This document shows positions 13,771 to 25,997 of a stretch of 64,000 bases of DNA, piece by piece. Position 1 is the first letter of the stretch. Each line of letters begins with the position of its first letter. The DNA comes from Octopus sinensis (lineage: Eukaryota). The notes beneath the pieces are model-generated. The model worked only from the letters and a program-made list of their open reading frames with translations, searched no databases and was not told the origin of the DNA. The stretch lies in contig NC_043000.1 in NCBI RefSeq assembly GCF_006345805.1, positions 143,778,001 to 143,842,000 of the forward strand, read 5' to 3'. The position numbers were made by a program, and so were the translations under genes.

Positions 13771-13810
13771 CGTATGTATGCATATACAGAGAGAGAGAGA
13801 GAGAGAGACA
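13455..13810. repeat. Long degenerate (TA)n tract followed by (GA)n
   Basis: Direct read. Confidence 0.9.
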
Positions 13811-14476
13811 GAGGTGGGGAAAGTCGATTTGTGTGCTTGTATGACTTGACGTAGGAAATTCCTCTCCGTTCTAATATGCAATTGTTTCAATGTAGATTTT
13901 AAATAATCAAATTTTGATGTCTACGTAGGGAGTGAATAAATTCTTGCCACGTCGTAGCCTAACGTAAAGAGAAGTGTAGATCGAGTCTCAGTCTAGTCTA
14001 TAAAGCTTACCAAAACCGAACAAGACATGCTGGACTTTCTCCAAACAAAAGTGCCAGACGTGATTAGAGTTCTCAAAATTCTAATTTACAATGAGATGTA
14101 CTGCGTGCATTTGTTTTCGGTACTGATCTTGTAAAGTCTTCATACACACAGGAACAAGCATACATACAGGAACAGCGATGGAGACAAGCATACGTATTGA
14201 TACATTTATAACTATGAACGGAAACACATATTAGCATACACCCCTAAGCACACACGTACTCCTACACACATATGGATATAAGTTTATACATGTGTGTGTC
14301 TCTCTGTATATATATGTATGAATATATATATATATTTATTTATTTATACATATATGTATAAATATATATATAAATACACATATAAGTATATATATATATA
14401 TATATATTATATATATTATATATATATATAAACACACATATAAGTATATATATAATATATATAAACACACATATAC

Positions 14477-14522
<46 letters not shown>

Positions 14523-15441
14523 GCCAATGTTTCTAAGACAAGAGCATATAAGTGTGCTTGTGTGTGTATGTGTGTTTGTCTTTATGTTCAGTCTATATTA
14601 AAAACAATTCTACATTAATCTGATGGGCTACTCTGTACTTTTATATTGCACAAATTTATGTTTGTTAGGAATAAATATTATTAAGAGTGACTTCAAAGGT
14701 GCGGCCAGTTAAGGTATTGTCGAACGGCAATGCTCTGAATCTGATCTTGGCATCATAAAGTGTCTTTCGAGTTAAAATCTTCCGCGGGCGTATGGCTTTG
14801 TGTGAAGTGGAAATTAAGTTTTAGGCTGGGAGGATAGGAACAGGTATTTTAGAGCTTTTTGTCTTTGTTAAATTTCGCGTTACGCTATTGTTTAGAGTTT
14901 ATTCTTATATGTAGAATTTTTTAAGTAGGTGTGAAAAATTTGGTGTGTCCCTTTAGATTTGTACGTATGCGTTTTACCAGTGTATTAGTTTTTTGCTATT
15001 ATTCACTTTAATACCTTATTCTGACAATGTAAATGTCAAACGTTCAAAGTTTAGCCCAGCTTTTAAAAACTTAGTAATTGGATATGTGAAAATTTTGTAA
15101 CGTACGTTTTTACGGGTTCACAAAAGAATGTAAGTAGTTGGCACTTATAGAACATTACATACCTACAGAGAAACAAACAGACGGATATCCTTTACACCGG
15201 CCTATACCTGCTTGTGATCATCAATGCACAAGCTTAGCAAATTCCTATACTAATAGCGCAAAACCATCCTCGGCTTAAACCCCACCAAAATATATGAATA
15301 ACAACAGTAACTAGTAAAGAAACTGGCCTGCTACGACGTAGCATCTACTTACATTCTCTTGATTACACCTAAAAGGTCGCTATATATATATGTTTAAAAA
15401 TTATGTGTGTGTGTGTATGTGTATGTGCGTGTGTGTGTGTG

Positions 15442-15655
15442 TATAAGAAGATGTGCTGAAAGTTTTGGGTTTTAAGGTTATTGTGAAAGACCTAGTTGGA
15501 GGCCCAAACTTCGGAGTTCTTTTAGAGGACGGTTACAATGAGCGTGGAAATCTGAGAGATTTGAGAGGCGAATGTTTTATATAAAATCATAATTAAGTGA
15601 CCCTCCTATATTTCCTTTTATCGAAAAGCCAGTGGCTTTTCACCACACCCTCGTA
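15442..15655 (+). mobile_element. Mariner-type MITE / internally deleted mariner
   Basis: Ends GTGCTGAAAGTTTTGGG / AAAGCCAGTGGCTTTTCACCACACCCTCGTA; internal CCTAGTTGGAGGCCC shared with the copy at 10140. Confidence 0.65.
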
Positions 15656-15817
15656 TATACATATAAGGTTTTGATGTGGGTGTGTGATACAACATAGAGT
15701 AAGTTTATGTGGTTAACTTATGTTTCTCAACTACATTGGTTAGGACTCAATTCAGCAGCACAGCCATTACAAGTCCCGTTTCCAATAACAGCGAATCCAC
15801 TAATTTCTTTTAGTTAG

Positions 15818-16160
15818 AAAGCAAAAAGCAAAAAGCAAGACATGGAGTTATGTACAGGGTGGTGTTCCTGTAAAGAGTTCAAGCCACTTGTGGTCAAGGG
15901 AGACTTTGAACCGAGTGGTCGTCATTATCTTCACTATCTCGTCCGGCCGCTTATTCCACGGATCCGCAACCCGGACGGAGAAAGCCCCTTTCCTTCGATT
16001 GAGATGAAATCGTCGCAGATAGAGCTTTTCGGAGTGACCCTGCAGCTGACGCTCTGGAGCAGGAGTGAAGAACAGCTCTTTCGAGAGTTTACACATTCCG
16101 TTTATGATGTTGTGAGCAAGAATGAGATCGCCACGGCGTCGTAGTTTTAAATTATATTAT
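15818..16160 (-). mobile_element. 5'-truncated CR1/L2-group LINE 3' end (ORF2 C-terminus plus tail)
   Basis: Minus-strand LRRRGDLILAHNIING...LQGHSEKLYLRRFHLNRRKGAFSVRVADPWNKRPDEIV...FKVSLD, typical of the CR1/L2 ORF2 end; followed by a (TTTTTGC)n tail. Confidence 0.85.
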
Positions 16161-17306
16161 TTAAAGACAAACTGTAGATTTCGGAGACAAGGATCCAGTA
16201 TTGACGACAAACAAAGTAATCAAACAGTTTAAGTGCCCAGACATGTTTCGCATTGTCTTCGGACATGGAATTATATAAAACAATTTTAATCTGTTAAGAA
16301 CATTGTTTTAATTCATCCGTACATATGACCATATATGAGTTGGAGTTGATGTAAAGTTGCCAGTAGACATAGCAATCATTTATTTGTCAACACATTTCAT
16401 TCTGCCACCCGTAAATAACTTACTGCTATATGTTAAAAGTAATCATCCAAAACGCTAGATGTTCTTATCTGTCTAAGATTGGGTTAACTATAACTATTAT
16501 ATACTTCTATAAATGAAACATTTAAGCTTTATGGTTATACTATTTCAGTTATTTACTTTCGTTTGTCTGCTAGTATTTTTTTAATCTTTCTCTCATTATT
16601 TACCTTTGCATTTGTTTTGCAATAGCAGCTCACCCCGCTCTCAGTATCTTTTTGTTTTTACTGTCTGTATCACACTTTTATAAATTCTGTTTTCGTGTAT
16701 CCTTCTCTATGAATATAGACTCTCTATCATAGTTTTCCTGACAAGGTCCGTTTCACAAATTTTCCGTCTGAGACTTAATTGTCTCAGCCTCTGCTCTTAT
16801 GAAGATATTTTCCTCATTTCCATTACGCTTCATATTCAAAGACCTCCACGTTTCTATTTCGACCCATTTCAATATATCCACTTACCTGTGTCTATCAAAA
16901 TTTTTTTAGTAGAGTTTCCAGCTTCCTACGTTCTAAACTTTTCCCTTCACTTTTGTTTTTGCATTGTTATTCTGCTGTTCATTCTATATTATTATTTTCT
17001 TTTATTTCTGTCTTGTCTGTGATATTCTTATTGTAACTTCTCAACCACGCTTCGATGACTTCTTTTAATTAGCATTACTTCTGTTTTCTACTTTTTTTTT
17101 ATTTTGCAGCCACAATGTTGATTATCATCTCTTTATTTGTTGTATTTATGTTTCGTCTAATTTTATATTATTCATTCTCTCGTGAGGAAAATGCAGTTCG
17201 AAATGTCACAAAATATTTGTATGTCAATAAACTGTATTGTTTACACACACACACACACACACACACCACACACACACCACCACACACACACACCACACAT
17301 ACATAC

Positions 17307-17349
<43 letters not shown>

Positions 17350-17376
17350 TTATGTATTATAATATATATATATATA

Positions 17377-17489
<113 letters not shown>

Positions 17490-17499
17490 TACTATATAT

Positions 17500-17554
<55 letters not shown>

Positions 17555-17561
17555 TATGGGG

Positions 17562-17795
17562 GTGGAGGCGCAATGGCCCAGTGGTTTGGGCAGCGGACTC
17601 GAGGTTTCAATTACCAGACATGGGTTGTCAGTGTTTATTGAGCGAAAACACCTAAAACTCCACGAGGGTCCGGCAGGGGGTGGTGGCGATACCTGCTGTA
17701 CTCTTTCGCCACAAATTTCACTCTTTCTGCTCGCATTGTGACCAGCGATGTTTAACAACATCTGATAGCCTGGTCGGTCACGGTGACCACGGTGA
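17562..17795 (+). mobile_element. SINE family B, alternative-tail variant, internally deleted
   Basis: Same head as 10942; tail CGCATTGTGACCAGCGATG...GGTCGGTCACGGTGA shared with 59493. Confidence 0.85.
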
Positions 17796-17902
17796 TATAT
17801 ATATATATAATAAGTGTGTGTGCGAGGCTGTGTATGTGAATTCATCAGTGTGTGTGTGTGTTTGTATTTGTGTATAAGTATGTATTACGCAAATCACTGT
17901 GC

Positions 17903-18036
<134 letters not shown>

Positions 18037-18222
18037 TATATCGTATATATATATATATATTTTTTTGATAATTGATAATTTTCTGAATAATTCTGAGATT
18101 GAATCGGCAGTATATATTTACTGTTGATAAGTTTGGCGCGAATACGTCAGTCTTGAAAATTTTAAGTCAGATATCCCGTAGGCTTCGATACAGACGCCTC
18201 GTGTATATTGTCTCTCCCAGGT

Positions 18223-18318
18223 CTTTACTGATGAAGTGTAACCTATGGTAGATTGGCTTAATTTAATTTAATTAAGCTAATTTAATCATTAATGACACAG
18301 AACGTGCTACGTCTAAAG
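18223..18318 (+). ncRNA. Type I hammerhead ribozyme, copy 1 (one A missing from GAAA)
   Basis: CTTTA-CTGATGA-A-GTGT...ACAC-A-GAA-CGT-GCT-ACG-TC-TAAAG. Confidence 0.6.
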
Positions 18319-18691
18319 GATGAATTAGGGTAAATGTTTTTAAATTTTCACCTAATTTCTGAATTAATAATACTTGGCGGTGGAGTTATGGCTGCTCTTT
18401 CTGGTGGACGAGTGACCTGTTGGGGTCACTCCTAAATCGTTATATTTATATATTTGTCGATGACTATTTTCTCTTTTTCACCAGGCCGCTGTGGTTGCGA
18501 TAAATTTCTATTGAATTTTTTGCTACCCTAAATTGACTAATTGATAATTTTCTGAATAATTCTGAGATTGAATCGGCAGTATATATTTACTGTTGATAAG
18601 TTTGGCGCGAATACGTCAGTCTTGAAAATTTTAAGTCAGATATCCCGTAGGCTTCGATACAGACGCTCGTGTATATTTGTCTCTCCCAGGT

Positions 18692-18788
18692 CTTTACTGA
18701 TGAAGTGTAACCTATGGTAGATTGGCTTAATTTAATTTAATTAAGCTAATTTAATCATTATGACACAGAAACGTTGCTACGTCTAAAG
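18692..18788 (+). ncRNA. Type I hammerhead ribozyme, copy 2 (complete core)
   Basis: Stem I CTTTA/TAAAG; CTGATGA; long stem II GTGT...AGATTGGCTTAATT/AATTAAGCTAATTT...ACAC; GAAA; stem III ACGT-TGCT-ACGT; predicted GUC cleavage after 18783. Confidence 0.85.
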
Positions 18789-19160
18789 ATGAATTAGGGT
18801 AAATGTTTTTAAATTTTCACCTAATTTCTGAATTAATAATACTTGGCGGTGTGAGTTATGGCTGCTCTTTCTGGTGGACGAGTGACCTGTTGGGGTCACT
18901 CCTAAATCGTTATATTTATATATTTAGTCGATGACTAATTTCTCTTTTTCACCAGGCCGCTGGTTGCGATAAATTTCTATTGAATTTTTTGCTACCCTAA
19001 ATTGACTAATTGATAATTTTCTGAATAATTCTGAGATTGAATCGGCAGTATATATTTACTGTTGATAAGTTTGGCGCGAATACGTCAGTCTTGAAAATTT
19101 TAAGTCAGATATCCCGTAGGCTTCGATACAGACGCCTCGTGTATATTTGTCTCTCCCAGG

Positions 19161-19257
19161 TTTTACTGATGAAGTGTAACCTATGGTAGATTGGCTTAAT
19201 TTAATTTAATTAAGCTATTTAATCATTAATGACACAGAAACGTTGCTACGTCTAAAG
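19161..19257 (+). ncRNA. Type I hammerhead ribozyme, copy 3 (complete core)
   Basis: TTTTA-CTGATGA-A-GTGT...ACAC-A-GAAA-CGT-TGCT-ACG-TC-TAAAG; predicted cleavage after 19252. Confidence 0.8.
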
Positions 19258-19388
19258 GATGATTAGGGTAATGTTTTTAAATTTTCACCTAATTTCTGAA
19301 TTAATAATACTTGGGGTGTGAGTTATGGCTGCTCTTTCTGGTGGACGAGTGACCTGTTGGGGTCACTCCTAAATCGTTATATATATAT

Positions 19389-19445
<57 letters not shown>

Positions 19446-19490
19446 TCGTTATCGTATATCGTATATAATATTATATATAATATATATATA

Positions 19491-19716
19491 ATACCGGAGT
19501 AAACACATAATGTGAAACAAGGTGGGAAAAAAGAGTACTCAAATACCAGTGGTAGAGTAATATGCTTTATTTTAGCAGCAGAAAATTCAACAAATCTGTT
19601 ACTCGAGTTTCTCGTTGCCGTTCATCAGACAGTTTCTAGCAAAAACTGTCTGATGAACGGCAACGATAAACTCAGAGTAACAGATTTTGTTGAATTTTCT
19701 GCTGCTTAAAATAAAG
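19491..19716. mobile_element. Palindromic mini-element with back-to-back minimal hammerheads
   Basis: 19565-19716 is a near-perfect inverted repeat centred near 19638; a homologous copy lies in opposite orientation at 43653-43866. Confidence 0.8.
19596..19632 (-). ncRNA. Minimal type I hammerhead motif (complete core)
   Basis: Minus strand CTGT-CTGATGA-ACGGCAACGA-GAAA-CTCGAG-TA-ACAG with palindromic stem III; the plus-strand mirror (19646-19683) has GAAA changed to TAAA. Confidence 0.75.
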
Positions 19717-19801
19717 TATATATATATATATATATATATATCTATATCTATATATATATAATATATACATATATATATATCGTATATCGTATATATATAT
19801 C

Positions 19802-19836
<35 letters not shown>

Positions 19837-20547
19837 ATATATATATATATATAATATATAATATTATAAATACGTTCCTTGATGCGAGTGTAGGGAGTTT
19901 TTAAGCTTCTAGCTGTAGGGCAGGTATAGAGAACAAAACATAGACTGTAGGGGATAAGATACAATAAAAGTAACATCGACAGTAACAACGTTTTACCAAT
20001 ATAACAGTTTGGAGGAAATAGTTTCTAAATAGCTAGGTTACAGTTAGCACCTAAAGATGCTAAAAATATGAATAAAAATCCAAATTGGAGTGAAACAGGT
20101 AAAATGCACGCTGTATATGGTTCTTAGCTTGCTGAACTAAGAAACATATGCTCAAAGTATCTAATCATTAGGCTGAGGTTACTTTAATGAAATGAAGAGT
20201 CAGCCACAACACAATAATAGAAATTCTGAGTGACAATTAACCTTAAAGACGAGGGTATATAATTTGAATCATGCCCCAGATATTTTTCCTAAACATCAAT
20301 ATGAAATCACACCGATCCCGAAAAGGTAAGGAGCTGTAACTCCCTTCAAATGAATCTGAGTGTGTTAGAACCTTAACTTAAGAGATAAACATATGATATC
20401 TTTTGTTCGGGATTTGGAAAATGATGGGCTATGCTCAAGGATTTTTGTGGGCCAGTGAGATCTCATATAGAGTAGACTAGTTTGTTTCCCTTACGGACTC
20501 ACTTCACTGTATAATGAATCAATTATCAAAGTTAACGTGTTTGTATA

Positions 20548-20739
20548 TTGATTTCAAATTTTGACACGAAGCCATTTTTTGGGAAAGGGTAAGGTGATTG
20601 CATCAATTTCAATGCAAAACTGGTACATATTTTATGAATTACGACATGCTTGGTGCAATTTGAACTCAACGTACAAACGAATGAGATGCCGCGAGGCATT
20701 TTGCCCGGCACAGTAGCGATTCTGACAAATCATCGCCTT
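20548..20739 (-). mobile_element. Decayed SINE family D (tRNA head, Nin/Deu-like central region)
   Basis: ...ACTGGTACATATTTTAT...AATTTGAACTCAACGTA...GGCATTTTGCCCGGC...GATTCTG...TCGCCTT; colinear with 29053 and 55876. Confidence 0.65.
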
Positions 20740-20777
20740 TCATGTGCATGTAATTTGTTTTTTAAATCAGCTTTTGT

Positions 20778-21010
20778 CTTTTGATTGTTTTAGTCATTAG
20801 ATTTCGACCATCTTGTTGCACTGCTTTGAAGAAGTTTTAATTTAATGAATCGCACCCGTTACTTTCTTTAAACTTCGTACTTATTCTCCCCGTCGCTTTT
20901 ACCGATCCGCTAATGTACGGAGTCACAGAGATCTAAACACAACAACACAGGTTGTCAAGTGGTGGGATGGGGGAAAACACAGGCAGAAAGACACTCCCGC
21001 CTCACACATA
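20778..21010 (-). mobile_element. Decayed 3' half of SINE family A
   Basis: TTGTTTTAGTCATT...GTACTTATTCT...CCGATCCGCTAA...GGTTGTCAAG colinear with family A. Confidence 0.6.
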
Positions 21011-22359
21011 TATATTAGCATTTAATAAATCGTAAGGCCTACACCTGGTATTTTCCCGGTAAGGCTTGTTCATTGGCTTAGTGTTCGCTGAGTATGTTAT
21101 TAATGAAAGAAGGCAGATGGAAGATATATAAATCTTTGTCGATCATTAAAATATTTTCGTCCTATTTCGCATCAATGCCTAGCAGGTAGGTATAAAGTAC
21201 AGTTGGTTTAGGTGTACCCCTCTGTGTAGATCAGTCTCATCAGGTGATCTCAGTTGTTTCACACCTTATTTCTTAATGGTTACGTCTTGGTCTTCGTATA
21301 TAGAAATAGCAAGTTAAGGAAAACAGCTTCATTCTTATAGAAGGTTCATAAGAAATATGAGAAACAAAAAGAACGAGTACAGCAAAAAATTATTACATTT
21401 TTTCGCTCTATTGAGACTAAATTTGTAGATACCTCATCGATGTGTGCATATTACACCCATGCAATAATTCATACATTTAGTAGTACACATTTTGAATTTC
21501 CGTTCTCTCAATCACTTTGTGTATTTTAACTGTCCTCTTAATATCACAAGATTTCTACTTTGAAATCGTTTTACAATTTTAAACGCACATATTTACGTAG
21601 CATATAAGGAGGATAGAGACATTCTACTAATTAATGAGTTACGAGAAACAAATTATATCACAATGATTTAGTTGCTAAAAAATCTAACAGTGGCTGCAGC
21701 TATGTGTAGAATATAAACTCCATTGATCCCCTAGCAATGAAGTGAAAACTGAATTCAAATAAATTTGGTATTAATTAAAAATGATATTTAATGCACCATT
21801 AAAATATCGTAAATACAGAGACGGTCATACACAAATCATTATCAAATACATGGAGATGTGTGATAGAATAATTTATTCAACATGATGTCTGCGTCTCCAT
21901 GAGATTTATACTCTATTTATGGCGTATTTATTGATTTAGTTTTTTACAAAATACCTCACAAAAATACACTTTCCATAATCTCATAAACGAGAATGAAAAG
22001 AGATTACCATAATAGTGTAAAAAAAGTCACAGAAAAATGGCAAAACACAAAGATTCGCACTTATACAAACACGTATACATTCATATATACATAAATAAAT
22101 AATATATAAATCAACATGAATAGATATGTAATACATATATGTATATTTAATATATACATACGTATACATATACATGCATATACGTATATATATATATACA
22201 TATATGCATATATATATACGTATATATATATATATATACGACGTATATATATATATATATAAATATATATATACATGCATATACGTATATATATAGATAG
22301 ATAGATATATAGATATATTTACATGCACATGTATGTAAGTATAAGTTCATTAATATATG

Positions 22360-22390
<31 letters not shown>

Positions 22391-24446
22391 ATGCATATAA
22401 TCATTGTCACGCGGTCGAGTCTTTCAGTGTTGATGAATAAATGAAGGATATTTTCTGCATGCCCACTTTTTTTTCTGAGATATTGTAAATCCATTATATA
22501 GGAAATAAAATATAGTATTTGATATTTAGTTCTGGCAAATAATTCATATCGATACATGCATGAACAGGATTTCATTTTGTTAATATTTTTTTCAAAAATG
22601 TCAGAATGCTGGAATGTGTATGTTAAGTTGGTGACAGCTGTTTCGTTGTACTTTGGATACAACAATAAACCTCAGGGAGTTGAAACAGCAACAATTAACA
22701 ACATAAAGCTACTCGGTGATAGTAATTTTCAATTATCAGGAAAATAGCTTGCGGGTTTCATATTAAATATCAGTGTCAGAATTTCAATTGTATATCTCTG
22801 TTGTCAATTATGGGAAAACTATGTAACAAATAACAAAGTTTCTTTGTATGATTAGAAATTTATCACAGAAAGCAGATATTTGGCTAAGGGAGAGTAATAT
22901 TTCAAGCATATAAAAAAGCAAAAATTTTTTTATGCCACATACCAGAGCACTCGTTGAAAAAGAGTTTCAAGGTGATCTGAATTTTAGACACCATTTAACA
23001 GATATGCGTGTTGGTCTTTGCCTAACACTGATTGGTTTAAAACATAGAGCAACAATATGAAGCAGAGATCTTCAAATATTCCTATCATTGTTCATGTGAA
23101 AGCAGCTTGTCAGCACTGCATGCCATGCAATAAAGTATGTTGCACTTTAGTGGGAAAAAAGTTGCTATGTTGATGTTCACGAATCGTATAAATCATAGAC
23201 AATAATCCCCGGGTAGTCTCACCTATTCCAAAATGAAATTTTTAAGAGCTGAAGTTAAGACTGTTGCTTTTATGTGACTGTGAGGAAAGCCTAATGTTAT
23301 CAAAACAATCAAATGTACTCTGTGGCAATGTCTCTAAGTTAGTATCTTGGAAATTTATACGTGTGATAATCTTGAGTATAATTTCCGGGCATGGTTATGA
23401 AAATGGGGACTCATAACTAAAAGGTATGATGGTACGCTTTGTTGGCCAGTAAAGATCAACAATCAAAAACACAACATAAAACCCATAAATATTCATGGGA
23501 TTTAAAAATTCTAGGAAACAAGAAAACAAGAATAGAAGAAACTCATTGAACGATCTTCATGTACATAAGCACACTTCAAATTTGCGTTCACCTATGCAAG
23601 AAAGGTATTCACTTGTACCATATATATGTGCGTTTGTGTGTATCTGTGTGTGTCTGTGTGTGAGCGCGTGAGCATATGTAGTTCCGCTTGTGTGTATACG
23701 TATACATATAATATACACGTTTACACACATACTTGTGTTCAATGTGTATATGAATATATTTATATTAAACATGTATCTGTGTGTGTGTGTGTGCGTGTGT
23801 GTGTTTGTGTGTGTGTGTGTGCGTGCGTGTGTGCGTGCGTGTGTGTGTGTGCGTCTGTGTGCGCGCGTGTGTGTATGTGCGCGCGTGTGTGTGTGCGTGC
23901 GTGTGTGTGTGTGTAGATTGTATTTTACGAATGGATTGAAAATGAAGTGCACTCACAATTTTCTTGCGGCAATAAAGTCAATCAATGATGATAAAGTAGC
24001 CAAATCAACGGAACTTACCTGAAAGAGAAAAGAAATACAATAAATTCAGGATGACAGAAATATCTTCAAAAAATGCTACATATTTCTACATTAATTAAAG
24101 TTTCAAAATTATATGCTTGTAAGATGAATATGATATTTCATATTTCTTAAAATATCTTCATTCGTATTAATATGACATAAGTTGAGCATTTTTCAATAGC
24201 TATATATTCACAATATACATATTTACACATTTATAAACTTACATGCTAATTTACATACATCATACGTATGTGTGCATTCGGGTGTGAGTGTGTCTACATA
24301 CTCGTGTGTGTGAATAGATATGTGTAGATTGTTAAACAACCTTGCTTGAGGACATTGGGTGTAATATATTTTGTAAACAGTGACCAGTGACCAAAATCTC
24401 TATAGAAATAGGACAAGGTATCTTCAGATAATATATATATTCGTCT

Positions 24447-24931
24447 ATTCTTTTATTTCTTTCATTCATCTAAAACTGTCCATGCTGGGGCGTCACTTTT
24501 TGTCAAAGAAATCGACCCCAGGACTTTTTTTTTGTAAGCCGAACACTAAATCGATCGGTCTGTTTTGCCGAACTACCAAGTAACAGGGATGTAAACACAC
24601 CAACATCGGTTGTCAAGCGATGCTGGGGGCTCAAACTCAAGCAAACGCACGCATACATACGCACATACACATATATGTGATGGGCTTCTTTCATTTTCTA
24701 TCTACCAAATCCACTCACAAGGTATTGGTCGGCCTGAAGCTATAGCAAAAGACATGCGCCCAATGTGCCATGTGGATTGACTGAAACCGGAACCATGTGG
24801 TTGGGGAGCAACCTTATTTCCACTCAGCCAGGCCTGGCGCCTTGAGGTGATGTTTTCTACTATAGCTTCGGACGAAAGAAAGCCTTGTGGATGGATTTGG
24901 TAGAAGAAAGCTGAAAGAAGCCTATCGTATA
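24447..24931. mobile_element. SINE family A (minus, 24447-24842) abutting an inverted fragment of the same family (plus, ~24840-24931)
   Basis: TCTACCAAATCCACTCACAAGG (~24700) versus CCTTGTGGATGGATTTGGTAGA (~24885). Confidence 0.8.
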
Positions 24932-25043
24932 ATATATATATATTATAATATATAAAATATTATTAGAGACAAACACTATTGCAAAAACAAACAAGGAAAG
25001 ACTAATCAATACATACAATTTTAATAAATAGTAAAAAAAAACG

Positions 25044-25088
25044 CCACTACAATCGTTTAATTGTCTTGATCGACAATCTTTCAGGTGG
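25044..25088 (-). ncRNA. Decayed type I hammerhead motif in a short element nested in (TA)n
   Basis: CCAC-CTGAAAGA-TTGTC-GATCAA-GACAA-TTAAA-CGATTG-TA-GTGG: stems I and II intact, two core changes. Confidence 0.55.
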
Positions 25089-25835
25089 ACTTCAATAATT
25101 AAGTGTCAAATTAAAATCGATTTAACCTAAATCTGATTTTTTCCCTGTAAATTTGGATTTATTCCCCTATATTTATTATTGATCTATAGATATATACAAT
25201 ATATATATATATATCTATATATAACATATTGGCATATATATATATTGTTATATATATATATAACTATATGCCTTAATATATTATATCTAAAGATTATCAT
25301 ATATATCATGCATATATATATTATTTATATATATATAAATATGCATATATATATAGATAAAGATATATATATGCAGATGTGTTATCTATATATATAGATA
25401 TAATAGATATATTAATATAGTCCATTGTATATAAATATATATATATAATATATATATATATATATGTAATCAAATATAAATATATATATATATATATATT
25501 AGGTATATATATAAGCTATATATATATATATATTATATATATTAGCGATATATATAAGTGGAACAATTAAGGATAATTCTTAATAAGGGATCTTAACATA
25601 GAAATTAGCGGGGTGTAGCTAGCGTGAAAACCTCATAAAAGAAAAAGAATTCGAACATAATTTTTTTCTTTTGAACCCAAAATTAATATATCTATATTAT
25701 AGAGGGCATTAAAACACAATTACACATTAAATGCTCACAACGTGAGGCATTGATTGTAATAATGCCTCTATACAATATAGATATTATATACTATATATAT
25801 ATATATGTATATATATACTATATATGTATCTATAT

Positions 25836-25880
<45 letters not shown>

Positions 25881-25926
25881 ATATATATATATATGTATAG
25901 ATATATATATATATATATTATATATA

Positions 25927-25997
<71 letters not shown>

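Larger units (their letters stand above)
18071..19382 (+). mobile_element. Tandem array of ~469-bp units (2.8 copies), one hammerhead per unit; retrozyme-like or Penelope pLTR-derived
   Basis: ATTGATAATTTTCTGAATAATTC recurs at 18071, 18540 and 19009; units nearly identical; (TA)n on both sides; no ORF. Confidence 0.85.

Noticed and set aside
18071-19382. CRISPR array or plain satellite
   Set aside because: No unique spacers, eukaryotic context, and the HHR in every unit explains it better.
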